DNA from: Podarcis bocagei | Lineage: Eukaryota | Direction: 5' to 3' (one strand) | DNA: 64,000 nt | Assembly: GCA_964188305.1 (NCBI GenBank) | Contig: OZ076890.1 | Shown here: positions 23,311-36,628 of the stretch, one piece after another | Numbering within the stretch: the first letter of the stretch is position 1 | How the letters are laid out: each line of letters starts with the position of its first letter | Position numbers and translations under genes: made by a program | The notes under the pieces: model-generated | The model's input: the letters and a program-made list of their open reading frames with translations, nothing else | The model's database searches: none | Told to the model about the DNA's origin: nothing

Positions 23311-26300
23311 CTGTCTGGTTAGAATAGGGAGGTAAAGTGGGAATGTATCCAGGAAAGGTCTTTGCACAGGAGTGGGGCCTACTGAGCTGCTGGGGCCCTG
23401 GCAACCTGCCTAGGCTGTTGCGTGCTGACACTGGGCCACGTTAGGAGCCCTGGAGGGTCTATTTAATGAACAAGATTGATGCAAAAAATCAAGCATGGCA
23501 CACCCTTTGGGCTCCAAATGTAGAGGGCTAGCTGCAGACCCCTTCGCATGCTCAAATGGACACCAAGCATTGGCCAGGGGCCAGCATGCACCCTCTGTCA
23601 CAACTTGCCAGGAACACACAAATGAAGCAGACTTTATGGCGATGGCAGGGACAGCCACCTCCCAAGTTAGGAAATGCTACTGCAGCTTACTCCTACTTTA
23701 AGAGTCAAGGCTGACTCAAGACATTTTGCTGCCCGAGGTGAAAGTCGAGATGGCACCTCGTCCCATTCCAGGTACAAAATCTGACCAGACTGGCAACTGA
23801 ATCTGATGATGGGTGGGTCAGTGTCTTCCACTGAGAGCAGTAGTCTGACTTACAGGGATATAGGGCAGGCCATGTGGCAGGCACAACACTATCCCCCAAC
23901 ATTTTGCTGCTGCCTCCCCAAAATATCTGCTGCCTGAGGCAGCTGCATCATTGTGCTTAATGGTAGGACCTGGCATGTCCCAGCCATGACTGGTGATTTG
24001 AGTCCTATCAAGTCCTATTGACTGTTCAGAAATCCCATTGTTCTCCCTGGGGGACTGGGCTGTGTTTCCAGGGCTGGGGAGGAACATGCACGTGCTAGAC
24101 AATCTGGCAGGATGCGATCTTTCTGAATCCTGTGATCAGGAGCTGATTATGGGATCTGGCAAGCCCCTTATTTTAACTGGATCATCCGACTTAATGCAGT
24201 TCATTCCTCTAGGGGAAAGAAAACGTAAAACCATTTGTTACATCCTGAAAATACAGCTCAATTAAATTTACATTTTTATAATATAAAAGGGTAAATTAAT
24301 GCATGTAAACATGGGTTAATCTGTTTATTTAAACTTGAAACATAATCCTTGAAATATGTAAACAACATTTGTTAGGCCTCAGAGATGTTACAATGATTGG
24401 ACTCCGGAGACCCCATTTATCCTACTGAACCTTTATCACTTCAAAGGGAATTTTATATATTTACAGCAGTAACAAGATGTTCAGCATAGCTAGATAGAAA
24501 TTTGCTTCAGCTATTTAGCTAATGCCAGAAGGGTTTAAATTAGATTTTATAGCTGTTAGCAGAAATCTGTTTTATGGCTAACAAGTGAGATTTTTAAATC
24601 CTTGGAAACAAGATTATTATAAAAATGACAGCTAGCTTAATATTTAGGGAGTTTATATGGATTAATAGGTTGGGTTGTTTTTTTTTTAATGTGAACAAAA
24701 AACCATGAATGGTTATGAAATTTTTAGTTATTTTCCCCAAAAGTTGTGGGGAAAGGACATACAATCGGGTAAATAGCAAAAATGTACAGCTTGGAAATAC
24801 CCGGAAAAAAATAGCAGTGAATCCTGAGTCTGTGATAAGGCAGGCCATAACATACCGACTATAAAGAAAATAGACTGCTACTGCTAATTAGCATGCAAAA
24901 CTTGAACGCTAATTTTGCAATTAATGTGTAACTTCCTGAGGTTACTATGGTGTAATAATTTAGGGCATAAAATTATGAGATGTTAAGAGCATCTGATCTC
25001 CCTACAGGGAAAACTTGCCGCCTTTTAGGAACATGCCCAAACCTTTATTAAGATCTTGTGATTTAGCTTGAGGGACACGGCTACTAAATGCTCCCTTGAG
25101 GTCCCTAGTAGACATTATCAGGCTGTCAGTGGTTTGCTGTCATTTGGAAATAACTCATTCCTCCCAGTAATAATGGAGAAACATTAGCTTAGAAAACAGA
25201 TAGGGAACATCTCTCTCGGCAGGTTCACAAATTAGCCTCTTAATGAAGCACCGCATGTAGGAAGGCTTCTTTGGGCCTGTAGTGGTCAGTGGTTTTGATA
25301 ACCAACCGAGGCTCTGGAGGGCTTCCTCATCATTCCATTGCCCTCTGCTCCTGGCCAAGAAACCACCACCATAGCAAGCTTGCCTTTTCTACCTAGCAGG
25401 AACAAGAAATTATTGTTTCTAAAGCACCCAATATTGCTAGGCACTTGGGTATCAGTTGCTGATGTTTTCTTCTCTCTGCCTCACTTTCCCTTCCAGTGAG
25501 TTCTTTCTTTATATCTTACTTTAACTGACTTAAAATTTGTAAGCTGTATCCTTATGGTACACCGCTTAGAGAAATATGGTAGTTATTAAGTGGTGTATAA
25601 ACTATTGAAATAAATAAATATTCTTTAAAATATTATAACGCAAGGAAAGTGAATAATTACTTCAATTTAGATTTACAACCAACACCCACAGTTCTTATTC
25701 TGGTTGTTCCAATTCCCAATTTTACTGAATTTCATGTGTATTTTGTATACGAATATTGAATATTGTAAAATCGCTTTGGGGTGCCTCTGGGTGTTTGAAG
25801 CAGTATATTAATATAAGAAACTAAACTGACAAAAGTAGGCTAGAGGGAGGGAAGGGAAATGTTTGCTTCGGGGCAAGGAGGAACAAGCCAATAAAAGCTA
25901 CCTGGAAAACTTAGTAGCCATGCACTGAACATCAGATACACAGCAAGAAATACCATAGTATGTCCTCTCATACAGAACGTTTGGGAATTCATGAGTAGCC
26001 AAATAAGAGGCTGAATAGCTATGGGAAAGGTTGGTAAAAAAATTGACACTGAAAATATATTGATTTCAAATCTGAAATGTGGTTTCACTTCAGAACCACA
26101 ACATACAAAATGGAAGACAGGCATCTTGCAAGGGGGGGGGGGGAGAGAATTTATCAATATAATACTGCTTTTTGATTTTCAAAATGAAAAATGAACCTCA
26201 TGAAAATTCAATCTTCTCTTAGTATTATTTTACTTTTTTTATTGGGATTCATATCATGTTCTTTACCTTAAGGTTGCAGGGTGTGGGTTAACATCAGTGG

Positions 26301-27368
26301 AGATAAGAGCAACTCATAAACAGAATGTGAAATGCACACATAGCATATCTAAAGAATAACCCAGCACAAAAACAGATAAAAGACACAGCTCTTCTTCTGC
26401 CATTACCCAAAAGCTCAATGATATTCCAGTCATGAGGAACTTATCTAGAAAGGCTTTAGTAAATCAAGCTGTGTTAGCAAAAAGGATCACACTACAGCAC
26501 TGGTGATGCAGACTTGTGCAAATTATAGAAATTTGGGTGAGGGTTTTGTAACCTCCTATGCATAATTCCTCCTTACTTTTTCCATAGCCACTTTTGCTTT
26601 TTCCTTCTGTCTCCCGCCTCCCAAGTGGTCTTTATATTATAATTCTATTTCTTCCTTTTTGCTGCTTATTGTGTGGGACATTCAGTTCTGAAGGTAATGA
26701 ATGGGGGCATTTGCTGGGAAGAACATTCTTGGGTTCTAAGCTCCTGTCTAGTTTGAAACTGTATATATAATAAAATCAGTAAGATTTGCAAATTAAAAGA
26801 AAATGTTCTCTTGAAGGGGATTATTTCGTTCTGAGGATATGGTTCCACTTCATTAAGAGGAAAATGGGTCTGTGCTAATCTTAGTCATTCCACCCACTTA
26901 ACCACTTTGCCAGTTAAGTTTCTAAGGCCCTGTGCCACAGTACTGAAGTGTATTTAATAAGATTTGCATTTCAGCATAATAAGCCATGTAATTTATCCCA
27001 CAGAATCCCCTTCCTTGGCAAAGGAATTTTAAAGAGAGATAGAAGTTGAGATCTTAATCCCATTTAATCTGCCTTCTGTAATCTCAGGTTCATTTCTTAA
27101 TTTGGGATATTTTTCCAACGCTTGGAGTCAGTAATCTCAGCCTTTGTGAATGTGGCAGGGAGAACGTGGCAAAGATTTTGGCAAGAATGGATTGATCGAG
27201 GAATTATCATCATCATCATCATTATTTTGGCAGGGTTAGAAAATGGATTCCAAAACTCTTACTTCGGAAGGCAACAATCACTTCTGTAATGGTAATCAGT
27301 ACTTCTGAAGAGGACAATCCAGAACCAATTAAAGTTCAGTAATTTGTCTAAGTGACGAATATGCTGAA

Positions 27369-27422
27369 TAACTCTAGTTAATGCTTTAAATTGCTTTAAC
27401 TCTAGTTAATGCTTTAAATTGC
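27369..27422. repeat. Tandem duplication, 28-bp period
   Basis: TAACTCTAGTTAATGCTTTAAATTGC occurs twice in tandem, starting at 27369 and 27397. Confidence 0.9.
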
Positions 27423-30215
27423 AACTCATAATCCATTGTCACCTAATACAGCTATATAATTCTGTTTGATACCGGCAAAGGATAAACAGTATTTGAAAAA
27501 AGTCTTTTTGCCACAGCCTTGACTTTAGAAGAGCCTTGGAGAGGTGGTCTGCTGCAAAAAATGACCAAACGAGTTGCTGCGGATTTCATGATGGAAGAGA
27601 ACTGGGGATATATAAACATAAGATTATAAATAAGCATTGCCTCTTAATAGCACTCACTGGGGCACAACAGGAAAGGGCTGTTGCTCTCATGTTGTGCTTG
27701 TGAGTTTCTTATAGGTTGGCCATTGAATGCTGGAATAGACAGGCCTTTGGAGGTAGCGGTCAGTGGGATGCAGCCACAGCAACACCAGGAGGTCAGTTAA
27801 GTGGCCCCACTTAATCACTACTGGCCTTTAGTTTGATCCTGCAGGACTCTTCTATGGTCTTCTTAAGTTCTAATGCTCAAGACAATGCAAAAATGCATTT
27901 TTCATTGACAAAAGCCATAACTGAATGATCAGTAACAGCCAAGACATCTGTTGTGCACCCCACTCATAGGCATGTTTACTCAGAAGTATACTTTACTGAA
28001 TCCAAATGAACTTACTCCCAAGTAAGTGTGGGAGGATGTTTTTACTGAAATCATTTATTCATATCCCTGTGTCACGTCATCTGTGGAAACACCAGCACAA
28101 AAGCAACCTCATAAACCGTGACAAAAATATAAAACAATAGCACAGAAGATCAAATGTGCCAGAGTACACTCAGTTGGGTTTAAAACGTATAGCAAAACAC
28201 TTATTTCTCCACGTCTAGATATATAATTTTGCCATTTATGATATTTAATTTTTTGCCGTTTTCATATGCTTTCTATTCCCCCACACCAACTTCTTTAAGC
28301 TTCTGCCTTTTATTTGAAGCTATCAAAACAAATATGGACACTGCCTTTGCAACTTTGGTGTCATCTAACAAGAAATCATCAAAGGCAAAGGGTGTGAAAC
28401 TAAGCCTTTTCTTAGAATTGACTCTAAAAATGTTGTTTCTTTATAAAGAGAGCAATATGATAGGCAATGTGGCATGGAAACCAATGGATTTCTGTGTAAA
28501 TATGTCTGGTTAGCTTTACAAACGGTTCAATTATATAAAATTTTCCCTTATTTGTTTTGGTATCCTTTCTGTGCACACCAGTGATACTTTTAAGAAGTTT
28601 TCATTTGGTTTTTCCCTTTGCTGCTCTGCACTTCCCTTTCATGCTGTGCTTTAAGGTGTAGATATGAAGGAATACTCATTTGCTTATATAAGACTGTGTA
28701 GTCATTAATTGTAGGTAGAGGGAACTATATTTTAATCAGAACTGATAATTTTCTCTTGGCAAGTAAAAACTGTTAATAGTTGGAAAGTTATGTTTCTGGT
28801 GTGGACGGTTAATAAAGCACGCCTCTTCCTGCCAAAACCATACCATCCAATTATCAACATTTCTCCCCAGTTTCTCTGTCTCTTTCGCACTCACTCGGCG
28901 TGAGCTTTTCTCACAGAACTGGAGTCACTTCTGGCTGTTTTGTTCATAGACTCTTGTCAAAAAATATTTTCTGCATCTCTAATTTCATTAAGGTATGCTT
29001 GACTGAAATTGTCAACATCACTAGGAAAAGTAGGGTTTATTTTGAAATTTGCTCCGTTGCTTGTTGCGGCGGTTGAGCAACCCAAAAGAAAGGCATCTAA
29101 GAATTATGTCACTCCGGTTATGATGTACATGCGAGAAAAGAAAAAAAGGTTCTCATGAACATGTTTGTTCTTGGGCATAATTGGTTAGCAGACAAGAATT
29201 TGTGAATTTCAGGGTGTTGGGATTTGGCTTGTTCTCCCAGGCTACGCTTTTGAGGCTGCCAACTTTCAGCCTCCTAGGGTTTTCCTCCTTAGAAAAGTAC
29301 AGACGGAGACTTCAGGATGTTAGCAGATGAAATATGGCAAGTTTACTTTTAATTCAAAGTGACCACTCTGGAAAATGAAGGGAGGGCAACTCCATGCTTC
29401 TTGCCCACACTTTGATATCTTTAGAATCACAACAAGGAGTTTTCACAAGTTACAGAATTTGTCGGTTCTGAATCTGGAGAATCCGCTCACCTGGGGTGGA
29501 AGTGATGATTCTGTGATTGGAATCAAACCATTTTTTGTTCAGCTGAAGTCAAGTGCAGGTGGAATGAATTTAAGGCAGGTTTGGAGGCCTGTGGTGGACT
29601 CCAACACCCACCAGCCCCAGCCAGCTTGGAAACATCTGAAGATAGGTTGAGCTACATTTGCTTACTCTGTTTTTGAGAGAATAATGGTGGTCTGCTGAGG
29701 AATCTATGGAACACCACCATTAACCATACTAACTTCAGTTTCCACAATCAAATCAAAGAGTTTCTGGAGGTTCTTCAGAAATATAGTAATGGAGAGCATG
29801 TTACAGCCACCCAATCTATATTGCCTTGGTAGATGGGTGGGCAAAGCTAATGATGAGGTGAGCAGGGGGCTGAGGAAGGGCCAATTTGCCACCCACTGCC
29901 GGAGACAGTGATTTCATTCTGCCTCATTACTGGGCTAACACTAACAGAAATAGCTGGATGGAAAATTCGATAAGTTTTTAAAAATTTGTTCCATGCCACA
30001 AAATGTATTTGTGTTGCACTGCTGAAAAAGTAATAAAAAATTTGAGTCCTTGTTTCTAGACAACACTGTGTCTCTGGTGTAGCAGGTAGTGAAATATGTA
30101 AAACATGGATAAAGTAATTCTAGTCAAACTCAAAATGCTGCAGGCTGTCTGCCAAACTGGACTATTCATTAAATGCACAACCATTTATGACAGTCACTCT
30201 TAACAGTGAGTAGAA

Positions 30216-30291
30216 GGATGGATGGATGGACGGAAGGAAGGAAGGAAGGAAGGAAGGAAGGAAGGAAGGAAGGAAGGAAGGAAGGAAGGAA
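30216..30291. repeat. (GGAT)n/(GGAA)n microsatellite
   Basis: Seen directly. Confidence 0.95.
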
Positions 30292-30335
30292 TACTTAAGG
30301 AAGTAAGATATTTTGGCTGACTTTAGTCCTTGCAA

Positions 30336-30643
30336 TTTATCAAATGTATCCATTCTTAAGAAAATCAGCCCTGAGTGCTCATTGGAAGGACAGATCGTGA
30401 AGCTGAGGCTCCAATACTTTGGCCACCTCATGAGAAGAGAAGACTCCCTGGAAAAGACCCTGATGTTGGGAAAGATGGAGGGCACAAGGAGAAGGGGACG
30501 ACAGAGGACGAGGTGGTTGGACCGTGTTCTCGAAGCTACAAACATGAGTCTGACCAAACTGTGGGATGCAGTGGAAGACAGAAGTGCCTGGCATGCTCTG
30601 GTCCATGGGGTCACGAAGAGTCGGACACGACTAAACAACAACA
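30336..30643 (+). mobile_element. BovB (RTE) LINE, 5'-truncated 3' end
   Basis: SILKKISPECSLEGQIVKLRLQYFGHLMRREDSLEKTLMLGK..HGVTKSRTRL, (CAA)n tail; 11-bp TSD AGTCCTTGCAA at 30325-30335 and 30644-30654. Confidence 0.95.
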
Positions 30644-31491
30644 AGTCCTTGCAACAAAGCAAGCTGACTCCAACTGGGACACAGTTTGGGGTGCAGATGT
30701 GCCCCCCACCATGAAACTGTGTGGCCTGATCATTGCTGACAAGCACCCATGAAGTAATCCACAATGGGCTCCTCCAACTTAGGGATGGGAAATTGAGTAC
30801 ATTAAGCACTGTCTTCATTGTGTGGCATTTTGAGTGATTAAAGCCTCACAGATGTTTTACTTTGCAGGGAGCGGCTGTTATAAACATGCATGGTTTTAGA
30901 TTTGCTGTGTTATTGATTGATCTGCCTTTGAGCCACGTTGCTGGAAAACCCAGCATACCTCATGCAGAAGAAGAGTCCTTAGAGTCGTTGGGGTTTGATT
31001 TCTGCATCCAAAGTGTCAAAATACAGTGTGAGTGGAAGAAGCCTTATTGCCACCAGAAAGCAAGCCTCCTCTGTAAGATCAACCAGCTATTTCAGCTGTG
31101 TTCTAAAACAAAACTGGACTCTAAAGCAAAGCAATCTGTAAGTGAATAGAGACAGCCAACCTAACACATGGGAAATGTGCCTGTTTCTTAAAGTATAGCA
31201 ATACAAGTGGCTGTGGCTGGTTATAAACCATTCCCTGGCTGTTACTGCTGTTCCTCTACTGACTAATTGCAATGAACACATTAATTCTGTCTGCCTCCCT
31301 CCATGCTTGGCGTAGACAACACAGTACCTCTCCTCGTACGTTGTTGAACTACATACTAAGGGAAGGTAAAGATTTCAACTTCTGCAGGGCACTATGCATT
31401 GTTGCAGTGCATTGCTCTCGCTTTGTGTTCTTTGTATACTGATGTTGGGTGCCCTCAAACATAATTCTATGGCCTCCTAAGACCCCACTCA

Positions 31492-31841
31492 GGGACGCGA
31501 GTGGCGCTGTGGGTTAAACCACAGAGCCTAGGACTTGCCGATCAGAAGGTCGGCGGTTTGAATCCCCACAACCGGGTGAGCTCCCGTTGCTCGGTCCCTG
31601 CTCCTACCAACCTAGCAGTTCGAAAGCACGTCAAAGTGCAAGTAGATAAATAGGTACTGCTCCAGCGGGAAGGTAAACAACGTTTCCGTGCGCTGCTGCG
31701 GTTTGCCAGAAGCAGCTTAGTCATGCTGGCCACATGACCCGGAAGCTGTACGCTGGCTCCCTTGGCCAGTAAAGCGAGATGAGCGCCGCAGCCCCAGAGT
31801 CGGCCACGACTGGACCTAATGGTCAGGGGTCTCTTTACCTT
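31492..31841 (+). mobile_element. Sauria SINE, full length
   Basis: Same family as 16360; TSD TAAGACCCCACT at 31478-31489 and 31842-31853. Confidence 0.93.
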
Positions 31842-32284
31842 TAAGACCCCACTGAATTTGGCAACTGTAGCAAAAAGAGGAACAAATAAACATAATGCTG
31901 GGATAAGGGGAACCCAGCACTCTGATGGGCAGGCAAATTGCCACATCCCCAGCCTGCAGATTGATCACTGGATGAGTAGAGAGATGAGCAAAAAATGCTT
32001 TCATTTGATCTGTTTGGATCAGCTGAGAAGGGTGTGTGTGTGTGTGTGTGTGGAGGCAGTACCCACCTTGGGGCAGACCAGCTGCTGGTATGCTGTCCCC
32101 GGAGTTGAGCCAAGGGTGAGTTCTCCTCTGAGCCATAAAAGGTTAGCCACCCCTCATAAAGAGCAAGGGTGGCTAATCTATGGCCTTCAAGATATTGCTG
32201 GAGTAAAAGTCCCATCACCCCTCTGAATGGAACTGGTGTGAGATGTGGTCCAACAAGTTCTGGGAGGGCTGCTGATTCCCCATC

Positions 32285-33219
32285 TGTAGAGAAATGAGAA
32301 ATCTAGAAACATGTGGTTTTGCAATAGCTATGTTTTCAACCAGTATTACAGGGGGAGGAAATTCTTACAAATTCTGAGCCACCTCCTCCGCAGGGGACAT
32401 TGTAGGGCTGAAGCAAAAGTGCCTGTTTGCGTGGCATGATTTAAAGACTTGAAGTTTTGAAATTGCCATTTGTCACCAGGAAGACAAAAACAAAAGGAAT
32501 CGCTGCCTTATGAGGATTTCCTTCCCAAGTTTGTGTTTTTCACCCCAATCGAGAAGCGGGCTTCCATTGTCCCTGGTCTTGGTGCTGGAGAGTTGGGCGA
32601 TGCCGTGTGTGAGGCTCGGAGGCTCTCGGTCGGGGGTCTGGCCATCTCCAGACTCCTGTGGGAGCCCCAACTGGCCCTTGATGGGGAAAAGTTGTTGTGA
32701 CAGTGACAACAGAGCCTTGAGAACGGGGCTTAGAAAGCTGGGAAAAGCCTCCCCTCCTGTGACTTGGGGGCTGTCTGTGCCAGGACCGTCAACCTCCCAG
32801 CCAACAAGAACCGGACACAGCTCCCTTAAGAGCCTGTCAGTCCTTTTCAGTCCTTTTCACTAATCAGCCAGAGGGCTAGCTGTTGAATGAGATGGGGCAC
32901 TTTCCTCCCCCAAGGACTGGCTCAGTGTGCTGCTTCCATAGTTCTCACAAGCCCTGCCGGCCCAGGGAACAAGAGGCTCGGATTGGAAATCAAACTGTGG
33001 TTTTCTGCATGACTGTGCAGTGTGTACGAACAGCAGGCCATTTTATAAATATTATATATATTTGGTTTTTCCCGACACTGGGTGGGTTTGTTTTCATCTC
33101 CTGCTACTGCTCTTTCCCCCTACTCCCTCCCCCTTTCTCTTTTGCCAGAGGCATGGGTACACAAGGAGTTCTATTAGAAGCCTAGATGTGGGTTTTGAGG
33201 TTTTGTCCATCTCATTACA
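32285..33219. mobile_element. Possible solo LTR
   Basis: GC-richer block starting TGTAG and ending CATTACA, with an AT-rich signal-like stretch near 33045. No TSD found and the left boundary is uncertain. Confidence 0.3.
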
Positions 33220-33772
33220 GTGAATGCATCACCTGCATGACTCAGTCATTCTTTGGGCTGCCTGGGGAGCGAGACTCCAAGAGCAGGCAGAACGATAATC
33301 CTTTCTCATTATGGGGCTCACTGTTTGCTGCTGTGAGAGTAGGCCAGCTTCTTCTCAACACAGCATTAAAAAAAAAAATCGTTAATACATTTTGTGCATA
33401 AAATTGCCTTTACTTTCTTTTTTTAATCAACCCTTTTCTTTATGCCAAAGTAAAGAGAGAGAGAGAGAGGATGTACGATCTTGCTGTTTTAGTCAGAAGC
33501 GAGGTTTGCATGGAGGTTATTCCATGCAACAATAAACACCACACGTTACAAAATTAAACAAACCCAAGGTTGACTGCACCGTGCAGAAAGATTGGGGGGG
33601 GGGGAGCTGGTATAATGACTGCGCTCTAAATTTGCTTTTGTATCTGTTGTGGAGCTAAGCACTGGCCATGTTCACACATCACTTGTGAGCAAGAAATCAT
33701 GGTTTATTGTATACAAGTGAATCACTCCCACTTCCTTCCTTCCCACTCCTCCCATCTCACACTGATTGGCAC

Positions 33773-34442
33773 TGTAAGTGTGTGGGGATTCTTTTGAAAA
33801 GAGTACATGCCCAGGAAGGCAGCAGTTGTGTGTCTAAAGCACTTCCACCACAGTTAATACTTCACATCTGTCTTCCCCCTTAACATTTCTGTCTTCACCC
33901 TTAAGACGCCTGTCTTCACCCTTAACATCCCGCAAGGCGAACAATTTGACTGAGCCATTCTGCCTCGGTGGTGTGCCCAGCAAGCTTTCTGGCTTTCCAG
34001 ATCTCTCCAAGGACCCTCACCAAGCGGTCAGGAAACCCCCAACGTTACTCTTGGTGAATGGATCCCTTACAACTCAGCCTCTTCCGAACTATTGACTGAG
34101 GCATAATTTGTGCACCAAGGCTCCGAAGACGAGGCATCTCGAGCCAGTACCAAGCAGACGTCTCTAATAAGAGAACAATAATTAGCCATCATATAGGAGA
34201 ATCAGCAAGATAAATAATGCCAGCCCTCCATGCACAGCAGATCAGAATGTTTGAGTTCCCAGGACATATTTCACCGAGATAAATTTGAATCCAGGAACCC
34301 CACGGGACACATTCAAGGATGGAGACAGAAATTAATGAGCGCTATAGCTTCTCTGACTGCGGGAGAAAACGAGGAACTTTACCACATAATATGCTTAGTG
34401 TTTTGTCTGAACCAGTGATTGTGAGTTCTTTCACTCTTAACA
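33773..34442. mobile_element. Possible solo LTR containing a 3 x 21-bp tandem repeat
   Basis: Termini TGTAAG...CTTAACA; repeat CTGTCTTCMCCCTTAA x3 at 33868-33930; no TSD found. Confidence 0.35.
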
Positions 34443-34488
34443 AACCATGGCCAGCGAGCCAAGAACCAGCCTTGGCTACAAGGTTTAT

Positions 34489-34750
34489 GCAGGGGAGGCT
34501 GGCGCCCATTGGTACCGATAGGGTAGAAGGCAGGGAGGCCAACAGTAGGGGGAGCCAGAGCAAATGGCTGTGGATCTAGAGCCCACAAGTCATTGTTTTG
34601 CCCTCCTGCTCCTTGCTGCTGAGTTATATAAGGGCAGCACAAACTAAGGAGGAGGAGGAGGCGGTTGGCCGCCAATAGAACTCCCTGAACTAGTTGTAAG
34701 TAAAGAAGTAGGCAGGTGGGGGCTGGTTGAGGAGAGTCTGGTCTTAGTGG
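34489..34750 (+). mobile_element. Non-autonomous DNA element (hAT-like), partial
   Basis: Similar to the inverted copy at about 37600-37775 (GGCTGGYGYCCATTGG...GAGGCYAACAGTAGG...TGTAAGTAA). Confidence 0.55.
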
Positions 34751-34805
34751 GGTTGGTTTGATTTTTATTTAATTTTTTAATTTAATTTCTGGACCACTTA
34801 ATGTA

Positions 34806-34807
<2 letters not shown>

Positions 34808-34851
<44 letters not shown>
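34808..34851. repeat. (CT)n(AT)n microsatellite
   Basis: Seen directly. Confidence 0.95.
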
Positions 34852-34864
34852 GTAAGTGGTATAC

Positions 34865-35005
34865 CAGGGTTTTCCAAACTTGGGTCTCCAGCTGTTTTTG
34901 GACTACAACTCCCATGATCCCTAGCTAGCAGGACCAGTGGTCAAGGGTGATTGGAACTGTAGTCCAAAAACAGCTGGAGAGAGTACTCAAGCTTGGGAAA
35001 TCCTG
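34865..35005. mobile_element. Fold-back hAT MITE
   Basis: Near-perfect palindrome. Flanks TGGTATAC / CAGTATAC are consistent with an 8-bp TSD CGGTATAC after CpG decay. Partial relative at about 18948-19045. Confidence 0.8.
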
Positions 35006-35186
35006 CAGTATACAAAAAACAGAAGCAACAACAGACAACGTAAACAAAATATTGCAAAAATACACAGTTGCATATAAATATGTTGCATTAATACAAAGTT
35101 ACTAATATTTATAAATCAGTATTAATTCATTTTCCGTCTGACACTTCCTTCCTTGCAGCCTCCAGGTTCTCACCCAGAGTCTAAAA

Positions 35187-35510
35187 CAGGGGTCGGCAAG
35201 ATTTACTGGCCATGGGCCACAGAGATTGCCGTGGGCCGGACTGGCGCAGTGTGACACCGGAAATTGCTTCTGCGCATGCCCAGACGCAGGAAATCGCACC
35301 TGCACAGAAGCGATTTTCGGCATCTGAACATGATTTCCAGTATCTGCGCGTGCACAGACACAATTTCCCGCGGCGCTCAGCAAGCCCCCGCGTCACACTG
35401 CGCCAGTTTAGCGCAGCGCGTGGGGAAATCGCCGAGTGGGCGGCTCAGTTCAGGTAAAACGGTCTTCGTGGGCCGCATCCAGCCCATGTGCTGCACGTTG
35501 CTGACCCCTG
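35187..35510. mobile_element. hAT (Charlie-like) MITE, CpG-rich
   Basis: TIR CAGGGGTCGGCAA / TTGCTGACCCCTG; TSD GTCTAAAA / GTCTAAAC. Confidence 0.85.
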
Positions 35511-36380
35511 GTCTAAACAAACTCTCACTTGCCCCAATGGACCAGACTTCACTAGGCTTATGGCTTACCATGACATGGATATGCCACGATTATAGGTCTG
35601 CAACAATGGGTTTGCTGAGCAGCAGGTGGGTAGCATATGAGAGCAGAGGAGGGTGTTTTCACCAGTAAAGCTGCAATAAGGAAGGGCAAGTCCAATTCTT
35701 TCCCCTCACATCCAGTTTCTCTCTGAAAATGCCCCCTCTGTCCAAATTCAGCTCAGACAGCGGCCACAAAATTTGGACGCCATGTTCTTTGACATTTTGG
35801 CCCTGAGAACCTCAAAATGAGGTAACATAGTGCTGAGGACTGTACCACTTTGTGTCTTCAGGTTTGCTCTCAAAAAAATAAAATAAAAATCAATTCAAAT
35901 AGAAAATGAGCACAACAAAAGACTGGATTAAATCCCCACTCTTTAATGTATTGATTTTCTGTTTGCAGAGAGGGTTGATTGGTTAGTTGTTTTTTGTTTT
36001 ACATGCAAATGTGAAGTTCTCCACTTGAAATCAGAAGTGGTGCAATCTATTCTGCCAATTTATTCCCACCACATTCAGCTGCATGTAGAGATCCAGCCAT
36101 AGTCCATAATCATTTATCCATTGCCTTGTTCACACTCCTACTATAAATTCTGGAGCCTGCAAAAAGAAAGGAATGTGTGGAATGTCTATCTGGAGTCTTT
36201 GTGAGCCTATATCTAGGAAAGAAGCACATGCATTTTGATTGGACAGTAGAGCCAGTGGTAAAATTCTGTACATTCTAGAGAATTCCTTGCAGGACTTTCT
36301 TTGTGGGTCACAAATGCTCCTGTTGGAAAGCTGGAGTGAAAGGTGGAGATTCAAAAAGTTCTGTTTTGTATATGAAAATA

Positions 36381-36628
36381 CCGTATTTCTTGCTCTTTTT
36401 CCCTCCTAAAAAGTAAGGGGAAATGTGTGTGCGTCTTATGGAGCAAATGCAAGCTGCGCAGCTATCCCAGAAGCCAGAACAGCAAGGGGGGTTGCTGCTT
36501 TCACTGCATAGCAATCCCTCTTGCTGTTCTGGCTTCTGAGATTCAGAATATTTTTTTTTCTTGTTTTCCTCCTCCAAAAACTAGGTGCGTCTTGTGGTCT
36601 GGTGCATCTTATAGAGCGAAAAATACGG
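36381..36628. mobile_element. Tc1/mariner-superfamily MITE, family B
   Basis: CCGTATTT...AAATACGG with TA flanks; long internal hairpin. Confidence 0.87.

Noticed and set aside
30162-30818. 218-aa minus-strand ORF
   Set aside because: Antisense frame of the BovB fragment plus the (GGAA)n repeat.
33773-34701. TGTAAGT direct repeat as the TSD of a 915-bp element with a TATA promoter
   Set aside because: The second TGTAAGT is internal to a separate repeat family (also present in the copy near 37600-37775), so the match is coincidental.
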